A stretch of 64,000 nt of DNA from an uncultured Acidobacteriota bacterium (GCA_963836075.1 CAWIIB010000009.1:928001-992000); one strand, 5' to 3'. Positions 8,914-22,030 are shown, numbered from the stretch's first letter. Numbers and translations: made by a program. Notes: generated from the sequence alone by a model not told the origin.

Positions 8914-11273
8914 ATGATGGATTTCCTGGTCATCGCCGTGCTCGCTCCCTTCGCGGCCACGGTCGTCGCGCCCGCGGCGGCCCGCCGTCTGGGTCGCCAC
9001 ACCGGCTGGCTGCTGGCGCTGGTGCCTGCCTCCATCTTCGTCTGGATGTGTACGTTACTGCCCCTCGAGCCCTTTGCCGCGCGCACGGTGGCGATCCCCT
9101 GGGCCACGCCCATCGGCCTGGAGTTCGCCTTCCTGCTCGACGGCCTGTCGGCCACCTTCGTGATGCTGATCACGGGCATCGGCGCGCTGGTGGTGATCTA
9201 CGCCAGCGGCTACCTGGGGCCGGACCCGCGGCTGGGCCGCTTCTACGTCTTCCTGCTGGCCTTCATGGGCGCCATGCTCGGCGCTGGTGCTGGCCGACAA
9301 CCTGATCACCCTCTTCGTCTTCTGGGAGCTGACCAGCCTCTGCTCCTACATGCTGATCGGCTTCGACCACGAGAAGGCCGAAGCCCGCGCCTCGGCACTG
9401 AAGGCCCTGCTGGTCACCGGGCTGGGCGGCCTGCTGCTGCTGGCCGGCTTCCTGCTGATGATCATCGCCGGCGAGCAGCTGGGCCTGTCTCCCGAGCTGG
9501 CCGGCAAAATCTCCGGCCTGGCCACCGTCGACCTGCACGGCCCACGCCCTGGTACCACGGCATCCTCATCCTCGTGCTGCTGGGCTGCATCACCAAGTCG
9601 GCCCAGGTGCCGTTCCACTTCTGGCTGCCGGCGGCCATGGCCGGCCCGACGCCGGTCAGCGCGTACCTGCACTCGGCCACCATGGTCAAGGCCGGGATCT
9701 ACCTGCTGGCCCGGCTCAGCCCCCAGCTCGGGGGTACGCCGGAGTGGGCCTGGTCCCTCGGCCTCATCGGGCTGGTGACCATGCTCACCGGCGCGCTGGC
9801 GACCCTGGGCCAGCGCGACATGAAGCGGGTGCTGGCCTACTCCACGCTCGCCGTGCTGGGCACCCTGGTGATGCTGCTGGGCGTGGGCACGGAGATGGCC
9901 GTCAAGACCGCCGTGGTCTACCTGGTGGCCCACGCCATGTACAAGGCGGCCCTGTTCATGGTGGCGGGCAACGTGGACCACGAGACGGGCACCCGCGACC
10001 TGCACAAGCTCGGCGGGCTGCGCCGGCTGATGCCCTGGACGGCGGCGGCGGGCATCCTGGCCGCGCTGAGCAAGGCCGGCGCGCCGCCGATGTTCGGGTT
10101 CATCGGCAAGGAGCTGCTCTACAAGACCAAGCTCGACCTCGAGGTGCTGGGGGCCTGGGCCATCATCGCTGCGGTGGTGGCCAACGTCGCCCTGGTGGCG
10201 TCGGCGCTGATGGTCTCGGTGTGGCCCTTCCTGGGCAAGCGCAACGAAACGCCGAAGAACGCCCCACGAGGCCCCGCTGTCCATGCTCCTCGGCGCGGTG
10301 ATCCTCTCCTTCATGGGGCTCGGCCGCGGTCTGATGCCCCATCCCTTCGAGACACGCCTCGGTTCGGCCGCCGCCTCGGCGATCCTCGGCAAGCCGGTGG
10401 AGATGCACCTCAAGCTGTGGCACGGCGTCGATCCCGCCGCCCTGACCGTGCTCGGCCTGAGCGTGGCCACCCTGGCCCTTGGCTGGGGGCTCTACGTCAT
10501 GATCAGGGCGCGCGTCGCCCCCCTGACGCCGGCGCTGCGGCGCCCGTTCTCCTACGGGCCGACGCGGCTCTACGAGCTGCTGCTGCAGGGGCTTTACACG
10601 GGTGCGGACCGGGTCACGCGGCTGATCCAGTCGGGCCGCCTCCGTTACTACGTGCTGGTGACCCTGGCCTTCGCCGTGGTGGTGGCCGCGCCGCCGCTGC
10701 TGCGGGCCCTGGGCGCCGAGCCGGTCGCCGCCCACGAGGGCTGGCGCGTGCACGAGCTCGTCATCGGCCTGCTGACCCTGCTCGCCGCCCTGGCGGCGAC
10801 GCTGGTGCGCTCACGCCTGACCACGCTGATGCTGTTGGGCGTGGTCGGCACCTGCATGGGGCTGCTCTTCGTCCTCTTCAGCGCGCCCGACCTGGCCCTG
10901 ACCCAGGTGATGATCGAGATCCTCACGGTGGTGATCCTGGCCATGGTCCTCTACCGGCTGCCCGCCGTGGTGCGGCGAAGCGGCCTGGCCTCCCGGCTGC
11001 GCGACCTGACGGTGGCCCTGGGGGTCGGCGGCATGATGGCGCTGTTCGTGATCGTGGCCTCGCGGGTCACCCGCGATACCGACGGTCAGCGACTTCTTCC
11101 TCGCCAACAGCGTGCCCGCGGCCCAGGGCCGCAACGTGGTCAACGTGATCCTGGTGGACTTCCGCGCCATGGACACCCTGGGCGAGATCACGGTGCTCGC
11201 CGCGGCCGGGCTGGGCGTGATGGCGCTGCTGCGCCTGGGGGCCGGACGGGCCGGCAGGGGGGACGCGTCATGA
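8914..11273 (+). CDS. mrpA: Mrp Na+/H+ antiporter subunit A (apparent indels ~9283, ~9540, ~10262, ~11080)
   Basis: [77 protein letters not shown] spread over several frames. Confidence 0.9.
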
Positions 11274-11701
11274 GGGATTCGCTGATCCTGCGCACCGCGA
11301 CGCGCCTCTTGATGCCGCTGCTGCTGCTGTTCTCGCTCTTCAGTCTGCTGCGGGGCCACAACGAGCCGGGCGGCGGCTTCATCGGCGGGCTGCTGGCCGC
11401 GGGCAGCCTCTGCCTCTACCTGCTGGCCCACGGCCCGGAGGCCACGCGACGCGTGCTGCGCATCGATCCGCGGACCCTGATCGGCGGCGGGCTGCTGGCC
11501 GCCCTGGGCGCCGGCCTGGCGCCGCTGTTCCTGGGCCAGCCGTTCCTGACCGGGCTCTGGGCCGAACAGCCGGTGCCGGGCATCGGCAAGGTCAGCACCG
11601 TGCTGCTCTTCGACATCGGCGTCTACCTGGTGGTGGCCGGCACGACGCTGCTGATGGTCCTGACGCTGTCGGACCGCGGCGGACGGGAGGAGGAGCCATG
11701 A
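11270..11701 (+). CDS. mrpB: Mrp antiporter subunit B
   Basis: [12 protein letters not shown]...[14 protein letters not shown]...[11 protein letters not shown]. Confidence 0.9.
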   Translation: MRDSLILRTATRLLMPLLLLFSLFSLLRGHNEPGGGFIGGLLAAGSLCLYLLAHGPEATRRVLRIDPRTLIGGGLLAALGAGLAPLFLGQPFLTGLWAEQPVPGIGKVSTVLLFDIGVYLVVAGTTLLMVLTLSDRGGREEEP

Positions 11702-12044
11702 CCGTCCTGATGGCGATCCTCGTCGGCGTCCTCTACGCCTGCGGCATCTACCTCATGCTGCGCCGCAACATCGTCAAGCTGATCTTCGGTCTGATGCCAT
11801 CCTGGGGCACGCCGCCAACCTGCTGATCTTCACCGTCGGCGGGCTGGTGCGGGCCAACCCGCCCCTGGCCGGCGGTCGGCGCCGACGCCCCACCGGCCGG
11901 CGTGGCCGACCCGCTGCCCCAGGCCCTGGTGCTCACGGCCATCGTCATCGGCTTCGCGCTGACCGCCTTTTTCGCCGTGCTGGTCAAGCGGGTCTTCGCC
12001 GTCACCGGCACCGACGACACCGACGCCCTGGAGGCCAGCGAATC

Positions 12045-12048
<4 letters not shown>
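11698..12048 (+). CDS. mrpC: Mrp antiporter subunit C (apparent indels)
   Basis: [28 protein letters not shown]; GHAANLLIF; [17 protein letters not shown]. Confidence 0.85.
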
Positions 12049-13584
<1,536 letters not shown>

Positions 13585-13588
<4 letters not shown>

Positions 13589-14056
13589 GGGTGTTCTGCC
13601 ATCAACGTCATCCTGGCCGTGATCTGGGCCTCGGTGCAGGGTGCCATCGACCTGGCCAACCTGGTCACCGGCTACGTCCTGGGCTACGTGGTGCTCTGGC
13701 TGATCCGGCCCGCTCTCGGCGAGACCCGCTACTTCAGCCGTGGGCCGGCAGCGGTGGGCTTTCTGCTCTTCTTCCTCAAGGAGCTGGTGGTCTCGAACCT
13801 GCGCGTGGCCTGGACGGTGCTCGGCCCCGGCACCCGCCGGCCGGGCGTGGTCGCGGTTCCGCTGGACCTGGAGGGGGACGCGGCGATCACCCTGCTGGCC
13901 AACGTGGTGACGCTGACGCCGGGCACGCTCAGCCTCGACGTTTCGCCGGACCGGCGCACCCTCTACGTGCACGGGATGTTCGTCGACGACCCGGAGGACT
14001 TCCGCCGCGAGATCAAGGACGGCTTCGAGCGCCGGATCGGGGAGCTGCTGCGATGA
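13585..14056 (+). CDS. mrpE: Mrp antiporter subunit E (apparent indel near the 5' end)
   Basis: [34 protein letters not shown]. Confidence 0.9.
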
Positions 14057-14328
14057 TCGCTTTCCTGGACAACGCAGGCCTGTGGCTGCTCGGGTTCCTC
14101 GGGCTGGCCCTCGTCCTGGCCTTCGTGCGCCTGCTCCGGGGGCCGAACCTGCCCGACCGGGTGGTGGCCCTCGACCTGATGACCACCATCGGCGTGGCCG
14201 TCTGCGGCGTGTACGCGGTCACCATGGACAAGCTGCTCTACCTCGATGTGGCCATCGTCATGGCGCTGATCACCTTCGTGGGCACGGTGGCCCTGGCCCG
14301 CTACCTGGAGGAGAAGAGCAAACGATGA
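14053..14328 (+). CDS. mrpF: Mrp antiporter subunit F
   Basis: [27 protein letters not shown]. Confidence 0.9.
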   Translation: MIAFLDNAGLWLLGFLGLALVLAFVRLLRGPNLPDRVVALDLMTTIGVAVCGVYAVTMDKLLYLDVAIVMALITFVGTVALARYLEEKSKR

Positions 14329-14705
14329 ACGGCATGCTGCTGGAGATCATCTGCCTCGTGTTGGCCGCCTTCGGCGTGTTCCTGCAGATCGTGGCCGCGG
14401 TGGGCGTTGTTCGCATGCCGGACCTGCTGACGCGCATGCACGCCTCGTCCAAGGCCGCCACCCTGGGCGCGGCGCTGATCATCCTGGCCGCGGGGATCCA
14501 CTTCGGCGGGACCGGCCCGGTGGTGCGGGCGATCCTCATCATCCTCTTCCTCTTCATCACCGCGCCCGTGGCCGCCCACATGATTGGCCGCGCCGGTTAC
14601 CGCAGCGGCGTCAAGATGGCCGACGAGACGGTGATCGATGAGTACCGGCCCTCCATCGAGGCCGACGACGGGCCCGATCCGGGGACAACCGAACAGCGCC
14701 GTTGA
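14325..14705 (+). CDS. mrpG: Mrp antiporter subunit G
   Basis: GVVRMPDLLTRMHASSKAATLG, FITAPVAAHMIGRA. Confidence 0.9.
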   Translation: MNGMLLEIICLVLAAFGVFLQIVAAVGVVRMPDLLTRMHASSKAATLGAALIILAAGIHFGGTGPVVRAILIILFLFITAPVAAHMIGRAGYRSGVKMADETVIDEYRPSIEADDGPDPGTTEQRR

Positions 14706-14840
14706 CTTTACTCCTGCCCTGGGTAATAGTTATCCTGATTCTGCGTCACAGCGGTCCGCGTCGTGCTGATGAGCATGCCAGACCGCTGTAACTTTTTCCG
14801 CAGATGGTGGTTACGGGCCGGCACTCTGGTCTGTCACCGG

Positions 14841-14916
14841 TTTTCAACAATCTGTCCACAGGGGTGGGCCGGGTTTTCCACAGGCGGCCAACTCCTTTTG
14901 CACATACTTTTCAACA
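14841..14916 (+). promoter_or_regulatory. Cluster of five same-orientation DnaA-box-like 9-mers
   Basis: TTTTCAACA 14841, CTGTCCACA 14852, TTTTCCACA 14874, TTTTGCACA 14896, TTTTCAACA 14908; two match TTWTNCACA exactly. Confidence 0.55.
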
Positions 14917-14938
14917 ACTGGCGGAAGAGCAAAGACCA

Positions 14939-17900
14939 ATGTCTGAAGAACTTTCCAAGGCGTATGAACCGGGCGAGATAGAGGCAGGGGTGAGCCGTCG
15001 CTGGCTCGAGGCCCGGGCCTTTGCCGCCACTCCCGACGAGCGGGAAAACCGCTACGTGATCATGATGCCGCTGCCCAACGTCACCGGCGCCCTGCACATC
15101 GGCCACGCCATGGACAACGTGATGCAGGACCTGCTGATCCGCTGGCACCGGATGATGGGCGACAACACCCTCTGGCTCCCCGGCACCGACCACGCCGGCA
15201 TCGCCACCCAGGCCGTGGTGGAAAAGCGGCTGCTCGAGCTGGAAGGGAAGACCCGCTACGACGTGGGCCGCGAAGGCCTGGTGGCCAAGATCTGGGAGTG
15301 GAAGGAGCAGTACCAGGCCCGGATCATCGAACAGCAGCAGCAGATGGGCTGCTCCTGCGACTGGGACCGCCAGCGGTTCACCATGGACGCGGTCTGCGCC
15401 GCGGCGGTGCGACGGACCTTCTTCCGCCTCTTTGCGCGACGGGCTGATCTACCGCGGCGACCGCATCGTCAACTGGGACTGCCACCTGCAGACCGCGGTG
15501 AGCGACGACGAGATCGTCCGTATCACAAAAAACGGCCATTTCTGGCACATCCGCTACCCGGTGATCGAACCCCGGGACGGCGAGCCGGACCACGTCACCG
15601 TGGCCACCACCCGCCCCGAGACCATGCTCGGCGACACCGCGGTGGCGGTGCACCCCGATCCCGAGGGCGCGCTGGAGAGCCAGATCGCCCAGCTGAAGGA
15701 GAAGGTCGGAGCGGCATCAGACAAGGAAAAGCCGGACCTGGAGCAGGAGCTGGCCAGCGATGGAAGAGCGGCGCGATACTCACCTGCCGCGGCTCAAGAG
15801 ACTGGCCGACATGGCCCGGGACGGGCGAAAGGTGCTGCTGCCGCTGCTGGAGCGGGAGATCCCGCTGATCCTCGACACCTGGGCCAAGCCGGAGCTGGGC
15901 TCGGGCTGCGTCAAGATCACCCCGGCCCACGACCCCAACGACTACGACGTCTGGACCCGGCACCAGGACGAGATCGAGGCGGTCAACATCCTCAACCCCG
16001 ACGGCACGCTCAACGCCAATGCCGGCGCCTACCAGGGGCTGGACCGCTTTGTCGGGCGGAAGCAGGTGGTGAAGGACCTGGAGGCCCAGGGAGCTGCTGG
16101 AGGCCGTCGAGGACCGCGAGATCGAGATCGGCCACTCCGACCGCTCCAAGACCCCCATCGAACCCTACCTCTCCAAGCAGTGGTTCGTGAAGATGGGCGA
16201 TGTGGACGGCGGCGTGGTCTTCGGCAAGGACACCCCGGGCCAGTTCACCGCCCCCGGCCTGGCCCAGGCGGCCATGGACGCCGCCGCGGGCGAGTGGACC
16301 AGCTACACCGGCAGGCAGCTGACCTTCCACCCCGACCCGGCGCGCTACTCCGGCACCTATCTCAACTGGCTTTCGGAAAAGCGCGACTGGTGCATCAGCC
16401 GCCAGCTCTGGTGGGGCCACCGCATCCCGGTCTGGCTCGCCGCCTTCGACGATGCCGACGGCCTGCGCGCCGCCATCAAGGCGATTCCCGCCGGTGAGGA
16501 CGGGCTGCTGGTCCGCATCGGCCTGCCCGACGGCGCGTCGCTGCCCGCCGCCGCGGCCGAGAGCCTGGACGGCCCCGGCCCCTTCGAACTGATGGTCTGC
16601 CCGCTGGAGAGCGGCGGAGGAGAAGCACGGCGCGGCGCTCGAGGCCGCCGGCCTGGCCCAGGACCCGGATGTGCTCGACACCTGGTTCTCCGGCGCTCTG
16701 GCCCCACTCCACCCTGGGCTGGCCCGACCCGGAGACGGCGAAGGTCAACGAGGGGCAGTCCCCGCTGGCCGCCGGCGACGGCCGCCCGGACACCCTGTCC
16801 TACTACTACCCGGGCTCCTGCCTGGTCACCGCCCGGGACATCATCACCCTCTGGGTGGCCCGGATGCTGGTGATGGGGCTCTACAACCTGGGGGACGTGC
16901 CGTTCACCGACTGCTTCATCCACGCCAACATCCAGGACGGCAAGGGCGAGCGGATGTCGCAAGTCCAAGGGCAACGGCATCGACCCGGTGGACATCATCG
17001 AAAAATACGGCACCGACGCCATGCGCTACGTGCTCTGCGAGATGCAGACCGGCACCCAGGATATCCGCCTGCCGGTGCAGGCCATCTCGCCCTTCACCGG
17101 CGAGCTGGTGGACCTGGCCAAGGCCAAACACGGCCGCAGCATCTTCACCTACATCTGCCCCGGAGTCGGGCAAGGAGTTCGACGTCCTGGGCACGATGCA
17201 GGACGTGCCGGCGGCCAAGGTGATCAGCGACCGCTTCGAGGTGGGCCGGGGCTTCTGCAACAAGCTCTGGAACGCCGCGCGCTTCGCGCTGATGAATCTC
17301 GGCGAGCACCCTTTCACGCCGCTCGAGCACCGAAGACCTGGCCCCCGAGGACCGCTGGATCCTCTCCCGTCTCGGCGGCGCCGTGCGCGGCGTGACCAGG
17401 GCGCTGGAAGAGTACAACCCCTCGGCGGCCATCGGCCTGGCCCGCAAGTTCTTCTGGGGCGACCTCTGCGACTGGTATCTGGAGATGATCAAGCCGCGGA
17501 TGAAGGACGAGGCCCAGGCCCCGGTGGCCCGCTCGGTGCTGGCCGTGGCCATCGACCGGGTGCTGCGGCTCTTCCACCCCTTCATCCCCTTCATCACCGA
17601 AGCGCTCTGGGAGCGGCTCAACGCCCAGGTCCCGCTGCGGGGGATAGAAGAGCCGCTGCCGTCGGTGGATCTGCTGATCACCGCCAACTGGCCCGACTCC
17701 TCGCGCTACAAGGGCGAACCGCGAGCTGGAGGCGGAGATGGGGCTGATGCAGTCGGTGATCCACGGCATCCGCGACCTGCGCTGGAAGTACGAGGTGCCG
17801 CCGTCCCAGCAGGTGGAGGGGCGGATCAAGGTCACCGGCGTCACCGCCGAAACGCTGACCCGGCTGGAGGCCCACGTGCGCAACCTGGCCGGCCTCTCGG

Positions 17901-18199
17901 CGCTGGTCATCGGCGGCGAGGTGACCCGCCCGGCGCTGGCCGCCACGGCGGTGGTGGGCGAGTGCGAGATCTTCCTCGCCGGGGTCCTCGACCCGGTGAA
18001 GGAGAAGGAGCGGCTGGACAAGCAGCTGGGCAAGCTGCGCAAGCAGCTGGAAGGCACGGAGAAAAAGCTGGCCAACGAGAACTTCGTCAGCCGGGCCAAG
18101 CCGGAGGTGGTGCAGGTGGAGCGCGACCGGCTGGCCGAGCTGCAGGGCCAGATCGCGCTGCTGGAGGAAAACCTCAACAGGCTGACCGAAGACGTCTAG
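14939..18199 (+). CDS. valS: Valyl-tRNA synthetase (about 9 apparent indels)
   Basis: [98 protein letters not shown]-terminal coiled coil. Confidence 0.95.
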
Positions 18200-18225
18200 C
18201 GGCCGGCCGTCTGCAGGTGGAACAC

Positions 18226-20490
18226 ATGGGCAACACGCTGGAAACCAGGGGTTTGCCGCGGGCCATCCTGCTTTTCTGGATTCTGATCCTCCTCATCCCC
18301 CTGCCGCTCCCTGCCGACGACACAGAACCGGGCCACCATGCGGACCGCCCGAAGATCGGCCTGGCGCTGAGCGGCGGCGGCGCCCGGGGCTGCGCCCACG
18401 TGGGCGTGCTCAAAGTGCTGGAGGCGAACAACATCCCGGTGGACTACATCGCCGGCACCAGCATGGGTGCGGTGATCGGTGGTCTCTACGCCGCCGGCCT
18501 GGACGCGGAGCGGATCGAGGAGCTTTTTGTCGCCACCGACTGGACCGACATGATGCTCGACGAGCCCCCCGGAACCAGAAATCGTTCCGGCGCAAGGAGG
18601 AGGACAGGCTCTACCTCTTCGACTTCGAGATGGGGCTCCAGGGGCTGCGCCTGAAGATGCCCAAAGGCTTCCGCCAGGGGCGCAAGCTCTCCAACCGGCT
18701 GCGGGAGTGGACTCTGCCGGTGGCCGGCATCCGCTCCTTCGACCGCCTGCCCATACCGTTCAGGGCGGTGGCCACCGACATCGGCAACGGGGAGATGGTG
18801 GTGCTGGAGCGCGGCGACCTGGTGCAGGCGATCCGGGCCAGCATGGCCATCCCCGGGGTGCTCGCGCCGGTGATGCTGGACGGCCGCCTGCTGGTGGACG
18901 GCGGCACCACCCGCAACATCCCGGTGGACGTGGTGCGGGCAATGGGCGCCGACATCGTCATCGCGGTGGACATCAGCGAGGCGCTCAAGCCGGTGGAGGA
19001 GCTGAACTCCTCGCTGGCCATCAGCAACCAGACGGTGAGCCTGCTCACCCGGCTCAACGTGGAGGAGATCCTGCCCCAGGCCGACCTGGTGCTGGTGCCC
19101 GGGGTGGAAGGGGTGGGCGCCCTCGATTTCAGCGACGTGGCCGGGCTGATCCTGGCCGGCGAGAACGAAGCGGCACGATTGGCGCCGGAGATGATACCGC
19201 TGGTCCTGCCGGCGGAGGACTACCAGGCGCTGCGCGCCGGGCAGCGGGCGCCGGAGTTCGAGCCGCCGCGGGTGGCCTCGGTCCGCGTGGAGGGGCTGGA
19301 GCGGGTGGACCAGCGGGTGATTCTCCAGCGGATCCACCTTCAGCCCGGAGACCTGCTGGACCTCGATTCCCTGCACCGCGACCTCGGCCTGATCGTTGGC
19401 CTCGGCTACTTCCAGATGGTCGACTTTTCCCTGGAGCCGACCAAAACCGGGGTGAACGTGGTGATCAACGCCCGGGAGAAGGAGTGGGGGCCCAACTACC
19501 TCCGCTTCGGCCTCAACTTCCTGATCGACCAGAGCCGCGGGGCGGCGTTCAGCCTGAGGGCGCTCTACAACGCCACCCAGATCAACCGCTTCGGCGCCGA
19601 GTGGCGCACACTGCTGACCGTGGGGCAGGAAGGTTCCATCATCACTGAGTTCTACCAGCCGTTCGACTACTCGGACAGCTTCTTTTTCGCCCCCGGGCTC
19701 ACGCTTGGCCGCCGGCCCCTCGACGAATACGAAGACGGGCACAAGATCGCCGAGTGACGATGAACAGGTGGCCCTGGGAAACCTTGATCTGGGCATGAAT
19801 CTGGGGGGGGCCGCCGAGCTGCGGGCCGGTCTTTACTACGGCGCGGCCAGGGTCTCGCTGGACACCGGCACTCCTGGAGACACCCTCACCAGCAGCGATG
19901 ATCCCGGCGGGCTCTATTCGCACAGCCCGTCCCTGGGCGGGGTGCGCGCCGGACTGCGCCTCGACCGGGTGGACCGGGTCACCTTCCCCCGGCGGGGAGT
20001 TCTGGCCGACGTGGAATACATCCTCTCGCGAACCGCACTGGGCGCCGACGACGACTACCAGCGGCTGGGCGGTTCGGGGTCGGCGTTTTTCAGCCGCGGC
20101 CGGCACACCTTTTTCGCCGGCTTCGAGGGGGGGACCAGCCTGGGCAGCACCATCCCGCCTTACCACCAGTTCACCCTCGGCGGGCTCTTCTCCCTGGCCG
20201 GCTATGCCGACATGGAGCTTCGCGGCCCCTATGCCGCGGCCGGCCGGCTCGGTTACTACGCCAGCCTGTTGAAACTCCCCACCTCCCTGGGCCAGAACAT
20301 CTACTTTGGCGGCTGGATCGAGGCAGGCAACACCTGGAACGACACCAGCGACATCAGTTTCCACAGCCTGCACGAAACCCTGGCCCTCCTGGTGGGTGCC
20401 GACACGATCATCGGGCCGGTCTATTTTGCCTGGGGCCTGGCCGAGGAAGACCGCTCCCGGCTCTACCTCTCCATCGGCGCCGGGTTCTAG
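18226..20490 (+). CDS. Patatin-like phospholipase fused to POTRA and Omp85-type barrel (PlpD/type Vd-like; indels ~18570, ~19755)
   Basis: Signal peptide; [17 protein letters not shown] patatin motifs; POTRA-like segment then WGPNYLRFG; ends in YLSIGAGF. Confidence 0.85.
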
Positions 20491-20530
20491 CCCCCATTTC
20501 TCACAGTCCATCTGCTGCGGAGCCGGATAT

Positions 20531-20545
20531 GCCTGTCCCCTTTTT
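20531..20545 (+). repeat. CCTGTCCCCTTTT motif (REP-like half site)
   Basis: GCCTGTCCCCTTTTT; the same motif recurs at 22002-22015 and degenerately at 21938. Confidence 0.5.
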
Positions 20546-20572
20546 AACCTTTTTGCCTGTTTTGAATAAATG

Positions 20573-20601
20573 TTGACAAACGCCCACACCAATGATCTAC
20601 T
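20573..20601 (+). promoter_or_regulatory. Putative sigma70 promoter
   Basis: TTGACA-17 bp-TCTACT preceded by TG (extended -10), upstream of the cupin gene. Confidence 0.45.
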
Positions 20602-20668
20602 AAAACACTAGACTTTAGCCATTTTCAGCAAACGACATGTGGTCCCACGACCCGATGGAGAAACAACC

Positions 20669-21052
20669 ATGCGTATAGCAAAGAACGAGATTCCGGTGAA
20701 GTTCGAAGGGCCTGGCGTCCAGGCGCGGCAGCAGACAGAATTCGGTGATGCCGCGGACTACGGCATGATGGGCGGCGAGCATTTCACCGTGGCCGCCGGG
20801 GCCGATCTGGCGCCGCTGCTCAAGGGCCTTGAGGGTGACATGTGCCAGTCGCCGCACTGGGGCTACTATATCGAGGGTGAATGCACGGTGACGTACGGTG
20901 ACGGCACGGAGGAGAAAATTGCCACCGGCGACCTCTTTTTCTGGCCGGCCGGACACTCGGTGCGGATGGAAAAGGACTCCGAGTTCGTCCTCTTCAGCCC
21001 CCAGCACGAGCACACCCCGGTGATGGAGCATATCGGCCGCCAGATGACGTAA
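20669..21052 (+). CDS. Cupin-domain protein
   Basis: CQSPHWGYYIEG...GDLFFWPAGHS cupin motifs; GGAGA RBS. Confidence 0.8.
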   Translation: MRIAKNEIPVKFEGPGVQARQQTEFGDAADYGMMGGEHFTVAAGADLAPLLKGLEGDMCQSPHWGYYIEGECTVTYGDGTEEKIATGDLFFWPAGHSVRMEKDSEFVLFSPQHEHTPVMEHIGRQMT

Positions 21053-21090
21053 ACAGGAAAGATATTTCGACGAACAGAGGAGCCAGGATA

Positions 21091-21363
21091 ATGAAGTTCA
21101 TGGTCACTTATCCCTTGACGCACCATGCATACAAGGAGCGCGTCTCCCGATTCCTCAAAACAGGGGCACCGCCACCGGATGGAGTCGCCCTGCTTGGCCG
21201 CTGGTTTACCGCCAGCCACAGCATGGGGTTCATGCTGGCCGAAACCGAAGACGCCAAGGCCCTTTTCCGCTGGGTCTCAGAGTGGGCGGATCTCCTGGAT
21301 TTCACCATCGAACCGGTGGTGACCGACGACGAGGCGGGACCGATCCTCAAGGAGATGATGTAG
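21091..21363 (+). CDS. DUF3303-family protein
   Basis: MKFMV...RFLKTGAPPPDGVALLGRW...WADLLDFTIEPVVTDDEA. Confidence 0.75.
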   Translation: MKFMVTYPLTHHAYKERVSRFLKTGAPPPDGVALLGRWFTASHSMGFMLAETEDAKALFRWVSEWADLLDFTIEPVVTDDEAGPILKEMM

Positions 21364-21422
21364 ACAAGCCGAAGGCGCGCGCGATAGGTCGACCCAGGCC
21401 ACGGCGTTCCTTCGGCGAGGGC

Positions 21423-21520
21423 GTCCAACTTCTGCATGAAGCTGTGAGCCGGTCTGTCACGGCCCGCGCTTGGGAACGGTCCGAGCCGCATTGGCTCGCA
21501 GCTCATGCACATCCTCAGGC
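21423..21520 (+). mobile_element. Degenerate integron attC site
   Basis: R'' GTCCAAC (RYYYAAC); arms TGCATGAAGCTGTGAGCC / GGCTCGCAGCTCATGCA with an extrahelical base; R' decayed to CTCAGGC. Confidence 0.6.
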
Positions 21521-21579
21521 GTCGCAACGCAGCTGGGTTCAGGAAACCAACCACCAGCACAAGAATGGAGGAATTCACA

Positions 21580-21861
21580 ATGGCAACGGCAATCATATTC
21601 CACGAAGTTCAGGATGGATCAGTCTGGGCCAATTCCTGGAAGACGGGACCAGGAAGCCGACACGAGCTGTTTGGGAAGATTGGAGTCAAGTGCCGCAATT
21701 TCCGCGATCCCAAAAACCCGAATGCGACGGGCCTCATGGCGGAGATTCCCGATATGGCGAAATTCGAGGAGTTGCTGCAGTCTGCCGAAGGCCAGAAGGC
21801 AATGCAGGAGGACGGCCTGAAGGTCGAGACAATGCGAATGCTGGTCGAGTTCACGCCGTAG
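21580..21861 (+). CDS. Small hypothetical protein (cassette-like)
   Basis: GGAGGA RBS; 93 aa between two attC-like sites. Confidence 0.75.
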   Translation: MATAIIFHEVQDGSVWANSWKTGPGSRHELFGKIGVKCRNFRDPKNPNATGLMAEIPDMAKFEELLQSAEGQKAMQEDGLKVETMRMLVEFTP

Positions 21862-21880
21862 CTGGAGAACCAGTCGAACC

Positions 21881-21940
21881 GCCTGATTTTCGGTTGCAGC
21901 GGACGGCGCTCTTCGCCGCCGCTCAACCGGAGCGTTACCT
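21881..21940 (+). mobile_element. Degenerate integron attC site
   Basis: CGGTTGCAGCGGACGGCG-CTCTT-CGCCGCCGCTCAACCG-GAGC-GTT: typical short attC fold with extrahelical bases; R'' decayed to GCCTGAT. Confidence 0.65.
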
Positions 21941-21997
21941 GCCCCTTTGTTGGGTTACGACACGATAGTTCCTGTCACTCATTTCACGAGTTAATTG

Positions 21998-22030
21998 GTT
22001 ACCTGTCCCCTTTTTATCCCCTTTTTATCC
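21998..22030 (+). repeat. GTTACCTGTCCCCTTTT motif with tandem TCCCCTTTTTA
   Basis: Direct copy of the 20531 motif, followed by a short tandem duplication. Confidence 0.5.

Noticed and set aside
14780-14830. GATGGTGGTTACGGG upstream of valS as a T-box riboswitch
   Set aside because: Does not match GGTGGNACCGCG; no terminator/antiterminator or Stem I visible
19754-19760. TGA in the patatin-barrel gene as selenocysteine or readthrough
   Set aside because: The downstream coding sequence continues in a different frame, so an indel explains it
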